Assembly: GCA_016212375.1 (NCBI GenBank)
Contig: JACRGH010000044.1
Coordinates: 1,428-65,427 of the forward strand
Origin: Candidatus Micrarchaeota archaeon
GTDB taxonomy: Archaea > Micrarchaeota > Micrarchaeia > Norongarragalinales > Norongarragalinaceae
Reading direction: 5' to 3'
DNA: 64,000 nt
In this document: piece by piece, positions 10,592-19,585 of the stretch
Numbering within the stretch: the stretch's first letter is position 1
How the letters are laid out: each line of letters opens with the position of its first letter
The notes under the pieces: generated by a model
Told to the model about the DNA's origin: nothing
The model's database searches: none
Seen by the model: the letters and a program-made list of their open reading frames with translations, nothing else
Program-made: the position numbers and the translations under genes

Positions 10592-11637
10592 TTCACACAC
10601 GCGGAGTGCCGCATGACCGAGCCTTGGCATTGGAACGGGGTCGGACCAAGGAAAATGCCAGCGCCAACTCAAATGACATCCTCCCCGGGCTAAAGCCCGG
10701 GGTATCCCCGCAGGGGCAAGTTAAACAGCATTTGGGACATATTGCCGGCCTAAAGGCCGGGGTATGGCCCAAAGCGGAAGTCAAACAAAGACAAAAACTG
10801 AAAAACAAGCACCAATCGGCCGAACCCCAACCCGTGATTGGCAAACGGGGCCAGGCGGCCATTTTCGACGGCATCACCTTGTTGTTGCTGGCATCGATTT
10901 CGTCAGCGTTGATTTTCAGCTTTGTCAGCGGCTATGGGGTGCAACAGGACCGGGTGTTGCGTTCCGCCTACATCCTCAACTACATGCAAAGCGTGGTCAA
11001 GGCATCCTACTACGTCGACGCATCCACCTTGAGCAAGGTGGACAACCGGGAATACGGGCTCGACAGCCGCGGAATACCACGGGTAAACCAGTTGGAAATC
11101 TACCAGGACCTCAAGGACGACTGCCAAAAACTCAGCAAATACAGCGGAAGCTTTTCCGTCTCGGAATTGCTCAAGCGGGATTTGGCGGAAAAAAAACCTT
11201 TATTGGACGACAAGTTCGACGGCACCAACGCGCTGGGCATCACGGCGTACAAATGCGCCATCAAGGAACTGATGAAGCCGTTTTGGTACTCGGGTTTTTA
11301 CTACGGGTTCGACGTGATTGATTCGGACCGCGCCGATGGCCAGACCGTGCAAGTATTGCCCAAGACAGAAGTCGTGAATTCCACCACGACGTACAGTAAC
11401 AACCGGCTGGTGACGGACTATCCGGATTTCCTCAAAGGCACGATTCCGGTCGGCCAAAACGGCATCTGCGCCAGTATCGCGCAGAACAAAGGACCGAACG
11501 GGCGGGAATTGAGCCCGGACGTGGTGACGGTGGACGTGCCGTTCAAGGTCGTCTACGTCGACTCGCTCGTGAGTCCACCGGTGCGCCAATTACGGAATTA
11601 CGCATTGGCGTTTTGCATCTGGCATCCGGCGCAGTAA
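10588..11637 (+). CDS. Pilin-like protein (start ATG 10588 or in-frame GTG 10834)
   Basis: KRG|QAAIFDGITLLLLASISSALIF class III signal. Confidence 0.72.
   Translation: MIHTRGVPHDRALALERGRTKENASANSNDILPGLKPGVSPQGQVKQHLGHIAGLKAGVWPKAEVKQRQKLKNKHQSAEPQPVIGKRGQAAIFDGITLLLLASISSALIFSFVSGYGVQQDRVLRSAYILNYMQSVVKASYYVDASTLSKVDNREYGLDSRGIPRVNQLEIYQDLKDDCQKLSKYSGSFSVSELLKRDLAEKKPLLDDKFDGTNALGITAYKCAIKELMKPFWYSGFYYGFDVIDSDRADGQTVQVLPKTEVVNSTTTYSNNRLVTDYPDFLKGTIPVGQNGICASIAQNKGPNGRELSPDVVTVDVPFKVVYVDSLVSPPVRQLRNYALAFCIWHPAQ
10675..10766. repeat. Pair of CTAAAG-loop hairpins resembling IS200/IS605 subterminal palindromes (non-autonomous remnant)
   Basis: CCCCGGGC-TAAA-GCCCGGGG (10683-10702) and CCGGCC-TAAA-GGCCGG (10745-10760); each unit starts with GACAT and ends in GGGGTAT. 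Confidence 0.6.
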
Positions 11638-11779
11638 ACGGAAAGGCCCGGTTCCAGAAATAGAAATATGCAACGGAAACCACCAAGACAAACCGCAACT
11701 GAAGAAAAGACATAAAAAAAGTTTTCGTACCGTCGTTTTTTTCTTTTACACTGCTATCGCACTAACGATGAGCGCGGCA

Positions 11780-12943
11780 TCAGACCGGCGCCTGTTTTTT
11801 CTTCACCGGAATATCTTCCTGGCACTTCGGGCACGCGTAGGTAAACCCATCGGGACCGGGCGTGACTTTGGGCGAACAATTGGCGCACATGCCGGTGCCG
11901 CAGTACGGGCAAAATACGATGCGGGAGTTCTTTTGGTGGCACGTCGGGCAGATGGGCGGGATGGCAATCGGAACGGACGTGACTTCCTTGTCCAATTGGG
12001 CAAAGACGCTCTTGGGCGACGTAGTAGAGTATGCTTTGGAAGGGCTTTCGCCGAACAAATCGGCCATGCTGACCGAACCGGCCTTTGCCGGAACAACGTT
12101 TGCCGCAGGAATCGATTTGGATGCAGGTACCACGGATTTTGTTGGGTTTTCGTCTTTAAGCAAATCGGGCGTTTTTTGGCTCCTGGCTTCGTCTTTTTTC
12201 TTATTGGCATCGGCGGCGTCATGGAAAGACAGATAGACGTCATCCACGATTTGTTTTTCCTCGGATTCCTGCGGTTTTTGGCGCGATGCCAGGTACAACC
12301 GGCGGTGGCGGCCGGCATCCGGACTTGCCGACAAAGCAGCCGGATAATCCAGCTGCAAATCCGTCAGGATGGCTTCCACTTCCGTCTCCCGGGCCTGCTC
12401 CAGGACGCGTTTGGCCTCCTTTACGTTTTGCGTTACGGCCGGACCGGATACAAACGAGGGGTCTGCAGTGCCCGAATCGGAAGCGGAACTACCGATGGCA
12501 TCGGACAATATGCCTTTTTTACGCAAGGCATCCATTTTCGCGGCCATCTCGTTGTCTCCGGGCGGTTTTTGCTCCAGACTTTCCAATTCCTTTTGCAACA
12601 AGGCCAGGCGTTTGGTCGCCGGAACGGCCACTTCAGGTTTGTCGGATTTCCGCAAGCCGACGAACATGACGACGAACGACAAACCAGAGGCGGAAAGCCA
12701 AAAGGCGGGCCAATAGCCTTGGCCGCGAAATACGGCATCCAACCCGGTGGATACCACGTCGGCAAGGATTGCCAAAACCGCGACAAAGGCACCCAAGAGG
12801 ACGGATGCGCCCAATTTTTCCTCCTGGCTGAAAGTGCGGACGTCCGGATAGGTGTAGCGGACGGCAAGATATCCAGGCGTTATGGAACCTAGGATGATGA
12901 ACAGATAATAGGCCAATGCGGCGACGATGTCCAATTCAGCCAT
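11780..12943 (-). CDS. Membrane protein with C-terminal multi-Cys zinc finger
   Basis: Three N-terminal TM helices, low-complexity linker, CPTC/CPYC/CANC/CPKC. Confidence 0.75.
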   Translation of the reverse strand: MAELDIVAALAYYLFIILGSITPGYLAVRYTYPDVRTFSQEEKLGASVLLGAFVAVLAILADVVSTGLDAVFRGQGYWPAFWLSASGLSFVVMFVGLRKSDKPEVAVPATKRLALLQKELESLEQKPPGDNEMAAKMDALRKKGILSDAIGSSASDSGTADPSFVSGPAVTQNVKEAKRVLEQARETEVEAILTDLQLDYPAALSASPDAGRHRRLYLASRQKPQESEEKQIVDDVYLSFHDAADANKKKDEARSQKTPDLLKDENPTKSVVPASKSIPAANVVPAKAGSVSMADLFGESPSKAYSTTSPKSVFAQLDKEVTSVPIAIPPICPTCHQKNSRIVFCPYCGTGMCANCSPKVTPGPDGFTYACPKCQEDIPVKKKQAPV

Positions 12944-13166
12944 AGGATAGGTTTAACGGAGACGCCATTAAAAAAGCCGGGTGCTTTAGGTTAACAACAT
13001 TAAAAATGAAAACCGCAGGGCCATCCGGATCCCACGGAAAGACCCTAAAAAAAGAACAAAACCGAAAAAGAGCAAGAAAGAAAAAAAATCAACTGAAAAA
13101 AAGCATCAAAAAGAAAACACAAAAAAACAACAAAAAAGGAAAACGTACGACGGTCGGACACCAATC

Positions 13167-13430
13167 ATGCCCCTTGAAACGTTATTGCAGGATTTATGGC
13201 CCTTGGCGCTTTTGTCCGCCATGATGGGCATCGCAATCTTTCCATTGGCCCTATTTTGCTCATTTTTGTATTCATACTTGAAAACGCGGTTCGAACAGGT
13301 GCCAAAACCGGTGTTGTTTTTCGCCGTCACCTTGCTCGGCACGTTCCTCGCCGTTTTGGTAATTTATTTGTATTTGGACCTGACGTTTGCAGACATCGTG
13401 CAAAACCTGCCGGACAACCCGGCGGCATAA
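13167..13430 (+). CDS. Small membrane protein
   Basis: 87 aa, two hydrophobic helices. Confidence 0.6.
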   Translation: MPLETLLQDLWPLALLSAMMGIAIFPLALFCSFLYSYLKTRFEQVPKPVLFFAVTLLGTFLAVLVIYLYLDLTFADIVQNLPDNPAA

Positions 13431-13624
13431 AGGCGCCGCCCATAATCCATAGGAAAAAGCTGGAAAATCCAGTGAAACGTTCCGGTCACCATAGCGCATC
13501 CCAAAAAAAACGTAGGGCTAAGCTGGAAAAAAAGACCATCCGGCCATAAAAATTCGCCCCTTTTCGAACCTGGTTTTTGGTCGTTTTTCGTTCCGTGCAA
13601 ATGTACAACTCCAACCCGGCCCAA

Positions 13625-13639
13625 GAAAGCGTATTAAAT
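13625..13639 (+). promoter_or_regulatory. BRE/TATA promoter, leaderless
   Basis: GAAAGCG-TATTAAAT about 24 nt upstream of ATG 13663. Confidence 0.55.
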
Positions 13640-13662
13640 GGGCGCGCCGTGAGTATTGGCAT

Positions 13663-16600
13663 ATGCGCCGCACGCGTTTTTCCCTCTTCATTTTGATGAT
13701 GCTGGTTTTGGAAATGACCGCACCCATCGTGTGGGCCGACAGCTTCCAAAGCCGGACACAAAGCGCCATTTACTTCGCCGGAACTCCACCCGCAAGCGGT
13801 GCACCTTCCGGCAGTTCAACCTCCGGAACAACCACCACCACTGGAGGCACGGCAGGTACTGGCGCTGGAACTCCCGGCACGCCTGCAACCGGCAGCGGAA
13901 CAGGCCCCGCCGCAAGCACCCCTCCATCCGGAGCGCCGTCCACTGCCGCGTCACCCGGCACTACCACGACCGGCGGCGTTACGCCACCCGTTCCCACAAC
14001 ACGCCCGGCGTCGGCATCCAGCGGACCTGCATGCCAAATCCACTCCATGAGCGATAGCGAGCGTAACCAGTTGCACCAATTCCTGTTTTCATCGAACGGC
14101 GCATTCCGCGGGGATTCGTTCAATGATTTGTCCGATTTGGATGCCCTGGTGCAAGCGGGGGAAAAGCCGACGGACCCGTTCAGCAAGGAGCGCAAAAAAC
14201 AGGACGCGCAGACTCCGGACCCCAATGCCACCGTTGACGTGATGTCCATCGCGGGATTGGCGGGAATGGATAAAATCGGCAAGGATGAAATCGCCAAGAA
14301 ATTCGGCGTGTGGGATAGCAAGACCAACTCCATCAAGAGCAACACGAATATCCCGATTGCCGATGCCAAGAAAATCCTCGCGCAACAACCGGCCGACTCG
14401 CCGTACCAGGAAGCGTTCAGGCAAATCCAGGAGTACATCAACGGCCAGGTCAACAGCAAGGAAAAGGCCGCGGCGGAAAAAGAACAGACCAAGGAATTGG
14501 CGCCGTACGAGCGGTACAAAGTCATCATGCCCGGCTCTGGCAAGGAAGTCAGCTTGGCGGAGGTCTTTCGCGCGCAAAAAATCGACCCGGAAAGCTGTTT
14601 GCTCAAGGATGCGCACATCAACGGCCGCGTCGGGTATATCGCGATTCTGGACACCGACATCACATACGGCACCAAGAACTCGCCCCTTTTGCAAGGCAAC
14701 CAAGTCTCACCGGCCACGGGCAAACCCAATGCCGAACTGACTTCCGTGCGCGGCGGGGAAACCATCAACCAGCACGTCTACGGCCAAAGCGTGGTGGGGT
14801 ACCTGAACCTCAACGGCGGAGGCAATCTGATCGTTCCGGAATTCTACCGCGACTGGATTGTCTTCACCACGGCCTACACCAAAGCCGACTTTTATTTTTC
14901 CATGATCACCTCGATCGCCGCATTTGGCGCCATCAAGGATCTTGAAGCGGTCAAGGATATCAAGCAAAAACAGTTGCAAAACCTCAAGACGCGCGAGCCC
15001 AATCCCCTGCTTGCCGCCCAGATACGGGAACAAACCACCGGCGTGGTCCAAAAGGACGCGGCAGGACGGTATCTTCTGAAAGAAGGCGGCATACAAGTGC
15101 CCGGCGGACAGGCCGCGAGCGTGGAAATCGACAGCGCCACGAACACGCTTAAGTATTACAACACGGCCGGCGCGCACATTGCACCGGCGGACGTAGCCGC
15201 GGTTCCAGACATCGATACGGCGCTAAAAAAACAGCCGGACTTGAGTTTCCGGACAAAAGGCGGGCTTGAAAACGACATCAAGGACGCTGAATTCAACATC
15301 GACTCGCTCCGAAAAGTCAAAGGTACCCTCGAAGGACGCGTCATAACCAGTTTCATGCTCGCGGGCGGCTGGCTGGGCCCTGCCCGCATGGCGTTCAGCT
15401 TGAACAACGGTATCTTATTCCAGGCCCGAAGCCAGGCCGACGACAAATTCCTACGTTTATTGGCCAACAAGGAAGTGCTCAGCGATTTCAAGAAGGCGTC
15501 CAGTTTCTTGGCCATCGGAAAAATCGAGGAAACGGTCGCCAAATACGCCGGATTGGGCCAGACGCCTCAAAAAGCATTTTTCGCCAAGAATTTGTTGTTC
15601 CTCAATTACCCCGAATCGCAAAAGACGCCCAACTACGAATCCAGCACGGTCCTGCGAAGCGAGGACGATGGCACCATCGGCATCAACACCCGTTGGCGGG
15701 GCGGGGCGTACACGCTGAACTACGAGGATATGCGGGCGTTTGCCGACAAACAAGGACCCGAGTCGTTCACGTCATTGGCCATGGTGTCCAACAACATCCT
15801 GGCCGAACCGGCGCTGGAGGATAAGAACCTCAAATCGCTTACCGCGTTTTTCTCCGTCGCCGTCCCGTTCATTGTTACGCGGAAAATATTCCAACTGCAG
15901 GAACGCACCCTGGGCGCCGGCATCTTCCTGACTACATTGGAGTATCTGGACATCAATGAAAACTATGCCAAAGACGTCCAGTGCAACATCGATGAGTACA
16001 ATGATTTGAAAACCGCTTATCGGCAAGCATTCACCGCCAGCGCAGCGACCACAATCCTGCTTTTGTCCCGCTCATTCCTCACCCCGTTCCGCAAATTCCT
16101 TCAAACCACGGATTTTGGAAAATCCCTCGGTGCCGGCATATTGAATGTCTTGGACTACACCAACCCCGGGGATGCCTGGCGCGTGCACGTCGGGAACCGC
16201 GGCATCACCTACACCTCCAATTGCAAGGACCAGATGCAGACCATCCTGTCCTGGCAAAGCATCCCGGAACGCGTGAGCACGACGTCCAATGCCTTGGCGG
16301 ACAAGTTGCCGGCGGTCAACGACCAGTTGTCCAAAATCGGGCTGTCCAAAGTATTGGGCGCCAACGCGGAGGCGGCGCAGACCGAAGCCAAAATCAAGAA
16401 CCTAAAGGACGTGTTGAACCTGCGCGCCGTGACGCAGAACCAAGGCGGATTCGTGCGCACGCCCGAACTGCTTTACCTGCACATCGACCAATCCACATCC
16501 ATGACCAAAGGAGCGCTGTATGATTTGGTCAACAACGCATGCGGATTGCAGGACCGCATCCAAAGCAAGGACGGCCGCAGTTTGTCGTTCGGCGAAGGGT

Positions 16601-17883
16601 TGGAGGCCAACAACGCCGACGGCTCAAAGGCGCTTTCCTTCAAATCCGCCATCTGGAAATTGCGCGCATTGGCCAACAACAAAGTACAGGCGTTGGGCCG
16701 CATCATCATCCCAAACACCATCATCCAGAGCAACTTGATGGGCGGGACGGATGCGTTTGTGGAAATCGCAAGCACGGGTCAAAGCACGCTGGTCAACCCG
16801 CCCTGCGACCTGACGTCGGCCATCCGACAGCTGACCGGACGGGACATCGGGACCGACTTGACGCAGGCCATCGGCAAGGTCCGCACCGTCGAGACGTCGG
16901 AAGGGCAAGCCGGATTGCTGGATGGGCAGATTGATTACGTCGGGCGCAACGGCGTCGGCGCGTCGGTGCCAACTCCGGAAGACTTGCGAAAATCCATTAT
17001 TTCCGGCGGCCGCATCAGCGTGCGCAACAACGGACAGGCCGTCCTTTATGGCGCCACGGGAAACAGCCAACAGCCCATCGGTACCCTCAAGAGCATCATC
17101 GGTGACAGCGGGGCATTGCATTATGACCAACCCACAGGGCAAATCAGCCTCATCATCTACTCGATTTTTGAAACGTCCAACCAGAACATCCAGAATTACA
17201 ACCTGGACACGCGGGGTTCGGGGGCGCAAATCCAGGTGCAAGCCAAGCGTGGTTTTGAGGACTCGGCCAACAAATTGAACGCCGGATTGGACAAGATTGC
17301 CGGAAAGGACGGCATCACGTCGTTTGAGACCAAGGACCACATCTACTACATCACCCCGGATGGAAAGCTCAGGGTCATCGACAAGAACACGGGCAAAGCC
17401 ACGGATTACAACATCACCGGACCGATTACAAAAGACGGCAACGGCAACTTGGTCATTCCCACGGACAAGGGCGACTTCAAACTGAATTTGACCAACGAAA
17501 ACGGACAGCCGACGCTCAACGCGGAAGGGCCGGACGGCCTAAAGGAAGTGCTTGCCTTGTTGGCAGCGCGCGGCGAAAACGGCATCATGACGTTCAATCC
17601 CTCCACCGGCGCCATCAACGTGTACAACGGCCAGGACGTGCCACTTAACCCGGCGTTTGCGCAGAACGGCATCGGCTTTTCCGGCAACAAGGACGGCACC
17701 ACGTCCGGCGTCCCCGCGGATAGCCCCTTTTTCGCACCCTCGTCGAGCAGTTCGACGACCACGGATTCGGCACCGCCTAAGCTGTTCCTCCCGTCGTGGC
17801 CGGAAGAGTTGCCTTGGGCGGCACTGTTTGCGGGATTGATTTTGTTCGGAGTCGTGGCGATACGGTACCGGAAAGTCGGATAA
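13663..17883 (+). CDS. Large secreted, C-terminally anchored surface protein (1406 aa)
   Basis: Sec-type signal peptide, G/T/P/S-rich linker, C-terminal S/T linker plus TM helix and basic tail (IRYRK). Confidence 0.85.
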   Translation: MRRTRFSLFILMMLVLEMTAPIVWADSFQSRTQSAIYFAGTPPASGAPSGSSTSGTTTTTGGTAGTGAGTPGTPATGSGTGPAASTPPSGAPSTAASPGTTTTGGVTPPVPTTRPASASSGPACQIHSMSDSERNQLHQFLFSSNGAFRGDSFNDLSDLDALVQAGEKPTDPFSKERKKQDAQTPDPNATVDVMSIAGLAGMDKIGKDEIAKKFGVWDSKTNSIKSNTNIPIADAKKILAQQPADSPYQEAFRQIQEYINGQVNSKEKAAAEKEQTKELAPYERYKVIMPGSGKEVSLAEVFRAQKIDPESCLLKDAHINGRVGYIAILDTDITYGTKNSPLLQGNQVSPATGKPNAELTSVRGGETINQHVYGQSVVGYLNLNGGGNLIVPEFYRDWIVFTTAYTKADFYFSMITSIAAFGAIKDLEAVKDIKQKQLQNLKTREPNPLLAAQIREQTTGVVQKDAAGRYLLKEGGIQVPGGQAASVEIDSATNTLKYYNTAGAHIAPADVAAVPDIDTALKKQPDLSFRTKGGLENDIKDAEFNIDSLRKVKGTLEGRVITSFMLAGGWLGPARMAFSLNNGILFQARSQADDKFLRLLANKEVLSDFKKASSFLAIGKIEETVAKYAGLGQTPQKAFFAKNLLFLNYPESQKTPNYESSTVLRSEDDGTIGINTRWRGGAYTLNYEDMRAFADKQGPESFTSLAMVSNNILAEPALEDKNLKSLTAFFSVAVPFIVTRKIFQLQERTLGAGIFLTTLEYLDINENYAKDVQCNIDEYNDLKTAYRQAFTASAATTILLLSRSFLTPFRKFLQTTDFGKSLGAGILNVLDYTNPGDAWRVHVGNRGITYTSNCKDQMQTILSWQSIPERVSTTSNALADKLPAVNDQLSKIGLSKVLGANAEAAQTEAKIKNLKDVLNLRAVTQNQGGFVRTPELLYLHIDQSTSMTKGALYDLVNNACGLQDRIQSKDGRSLSFGEGLEANNADGSKALSFKSAIWKLRALANNKVQALGRIIIPNTIIQSNLMGGTDAFVEIASTGQSTLVNPPCDLTSAIRQLTGRDIGTDLTQAIGKVRTVETSEGQAGLLDGQIDYVGRNGVGASVPTPEDLRKSIISGGRISVRNNGQAVLYGATGNSQQPIGTLKSIIGDSGALHYDQPTGQISLIIYSIFETSNQNIQNYNLDTRGSGAQIQVQAKRGFEDSANKLNAGLDKIAGKDGITSFETKDHIYYITPDGKLRVIDKNTGKATDYNITGPITKDGNGNLVIPTDKGDFKLNLTNENGQPTLNAEGPDGLKEVLALLAARGENGIMTFNPSTGAINVYNGQDVPLNPAFAQNGIGFSGNKDGTTSGVPADSPFFAPSSSSSTTTDSAPPKLFLPSWPEELPWAALFAGLILFGVVAIRYRKVG

Positions 17884-17953
17884 AACAAAAGCAATAACAA
17901 AAAAGAAAAACAATTGCAAACGTAGCCCTGCTCCCCACAAACGTGACGTCCAG

Positions 17954-18373
17954 ATGCTCGACATCCTTCTTGCGTTAAAAGAATCCCACCGCTTCCACGC
18001 CAGCCGACTGGAGCTGCACGTCGTACCCAAGCATAAGACGCTGGGACTCAACGGCTACATTCGGTTGCGCAACTACGCCCCCCTGTCGGATAAGGCGGAG
18101 CCGGAGCGCTTTTTGGGCGAAGAAAGCAAGCAAATCAAAGCCGCCATCAAAACAGTCGTGCCAAAAGAGTGCGTCATCGAAGTCAAATTGGAGCCCAACG
18201 TCCAGCAGTTCAAAGGCGGCGCCTACTTTTTCAGCATCACGCGCACATTCAAAACCAAAAAAGAGCTGGACGAAACGTTGGCTCAGATGATTGCCGACGG
18301 CACCATCGATGAGCACATCTTCCACGTCGCGTCGAAATGGGCGGCCGAGATTTCGGGCGGGCATATGCATTGA
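17954..18373 (+). CDS. Hypothetical protein
   Basis: 139-aa ORF with host-like codon usage; no recognised motif. Confidence 0.6.
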   Translation: MLDILLALKESHRFHASRLELHVVPKHKTLGLNGYIRLRNYAPLSDKAEPERFLGEESKQIKAAIKTVVPKECVIEVKLEPNVQQFKGGAYFFSITRTFKTKKELDETLAQMIADGTIDEHIFHVASKWAAEISGGHMH

Positions 18374-18473
18374 AACGCATAGGATAACTGAAAAAAAGAA
18401 TAGGAGTGGAGGAGGGGGGAGTTGCAACGGACCTTCTTTTCGAAAGAAGCGCCACCAAGAAAAATCCGATTAG

Positions 18474-18635
18474 ACCCCGAACCCCCCGAGTCTTGTTTTG
18501 CGAATCAAAATGGAGGAGGGGGGATTCGAACCCGCCGCGGGACCACAGGGGGAGCACCCCCTATAGTCCTACGTTACCCCGAACCCCCCGAGTCTTGTTT
18601 TGCGAATCAAAATGGAGGAGGGGGGATTCGAACCC
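18474..18635. repeat. 60-bp exact direct repeat including the tRNA-Leu 3' end
   Basis: 18474-18533 = 18576-18635; a third 14-nt copy of the tRNA 3' end lies at 18407-18420. Confidence 0.9.
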
Positions 18636-18794
18636 CCGAAGGCGCTAGGCCACAGGATGGCTTACCCAAATCTGATTCGCGCACAAAAATAATTTTCTTT
18701 CTTTTGGCCGACCAGATTTTCTTTCTTTTCGGGAAAAGAAAGAAAAAATGGGCCTTAAGTCCTGCCCTTTTGGCCAGACTCAGGACACTCCTCC
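18613..18794 (-). tRNA. tRNA-Leu(TAA) with 95-nt intron at 37/38 (18659-18753)
   Basis: GGAGGAG acceptor stem, CAGGA-CT-TAA-G|intron|A-TCCTG, long variable arm, GGTTCGAATCC; strict BHB (CTTA/TAAG helix, AGG and CCA bulges). Confidence 0.92.
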
Positions 18795-18866
18795 GCACAG
18801 AAGATGCCTCAAATCCGTTTTAAGCCGCTCGGTTGGCACAAAAAGAGAAGTCAAAGAAAGCCGAAA

Positions 18867-19484
18867 TCAGTAACCGCGTTTGGCTTTGCCTTTGAGCGCT
18901 TTAAGATGGCCCACGTCGTTGAGTTTGACGACGTAAACGCCGGATTTTTCCCACCATAGCTCGTTGATGCACGCGTTGGCCTGTGAGAAATGCCCGTGTG
19001 TTTTCAGCAGGATGCGGAGCAGTTCGCCGTTTAAGATGCCATGACCCGCAACAAAGACCGTTGCATTATCTGGAAGCGGCCGGATGAGCTTCAGAAACCG
19101 GCGCACACGCTTCCGGATGTCGAGCAGGCTTTCACCCCCTTTGGGCCGAAAAGCGGTCTTGCGGAAGTTCTCCTGCAACCGTGGGTCCTTCGCATACGCA
19201 TCAACAAAACGCATACCTTCCCAAACACCTTTGCCGCGCTCCATCAAATCGTCGACAAAAACGGCTTGCAGATGCGGATGATGCTTGCGCACCGCTTCCA
19301 GCGTGTCACGGGCTCGGTCCAGGGGACTGCCGAAAAAGTAATCGATTTTTTCAGTCTTCAACACCAAACCCAAAGCCTTCGTTTGGCGTTTTCCCAACGC
19401 CGACAGCCGGCCGTGGATGTGGCCCTGGAAACGCATTTCAGCGTTTTCGATGGTTTGGCCGTGGCGGACTAGCAAAATTCTCAT
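18867..19484 (-). CDS. Histidine phosphatase (phosphoglycerate mutase-like) family protein
   Basis: LLVRHGQT, SPLDRA, GGES, VAGHG motifs. Confidence 0.9.
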   Translation of the reverse strand: MRILLVRHGQTIENAEMRFQGHIHGRLSALGKRQTKALGLVLKTEKIDYFFGSPLDRARDTLEAVRKHHPHLQAVFVDDLMERGKGVWEGMRFVDAYAKDPRLQENFRKTAFRPKGGESLLDIRKRVRRFLKLIRPLPDNATVFVAGHGILNGELLRILLKTHGHFSQANACINELWWEKSGVYVVKLNDVGHLKALKGKAKRGY

Positions 19485-19585
19485 CCAGACATCAGACCCC
19501 CGGCAACGCGTAAAAAGTTACCACAATACAGGACGATAAGACATCGTAGCAAAACCAAATTAAGGTTGCCCACGTCTTTCGAATC

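Noticed and set aside
11768-12892. 374-aa plus-strand ORF
   Set aside because: Antisense to the TM/zinc-finger gene and has no recognisable features
13006-13224. Lys-rich ORFs here and at 39976-40167
   Set aside because: Products of A-rich intergenic sequence
18407-18635. Repeat-spacer-repeat pattern as a CRISPR array
   Set aside because: Only two full repeats of 60 bp, the repeat includes a tRNA end, and no cas genes are present
18406-18823. ORFs with repeated peptides
   Set aside because: They are translations of the tRNA gene and its duplicated end
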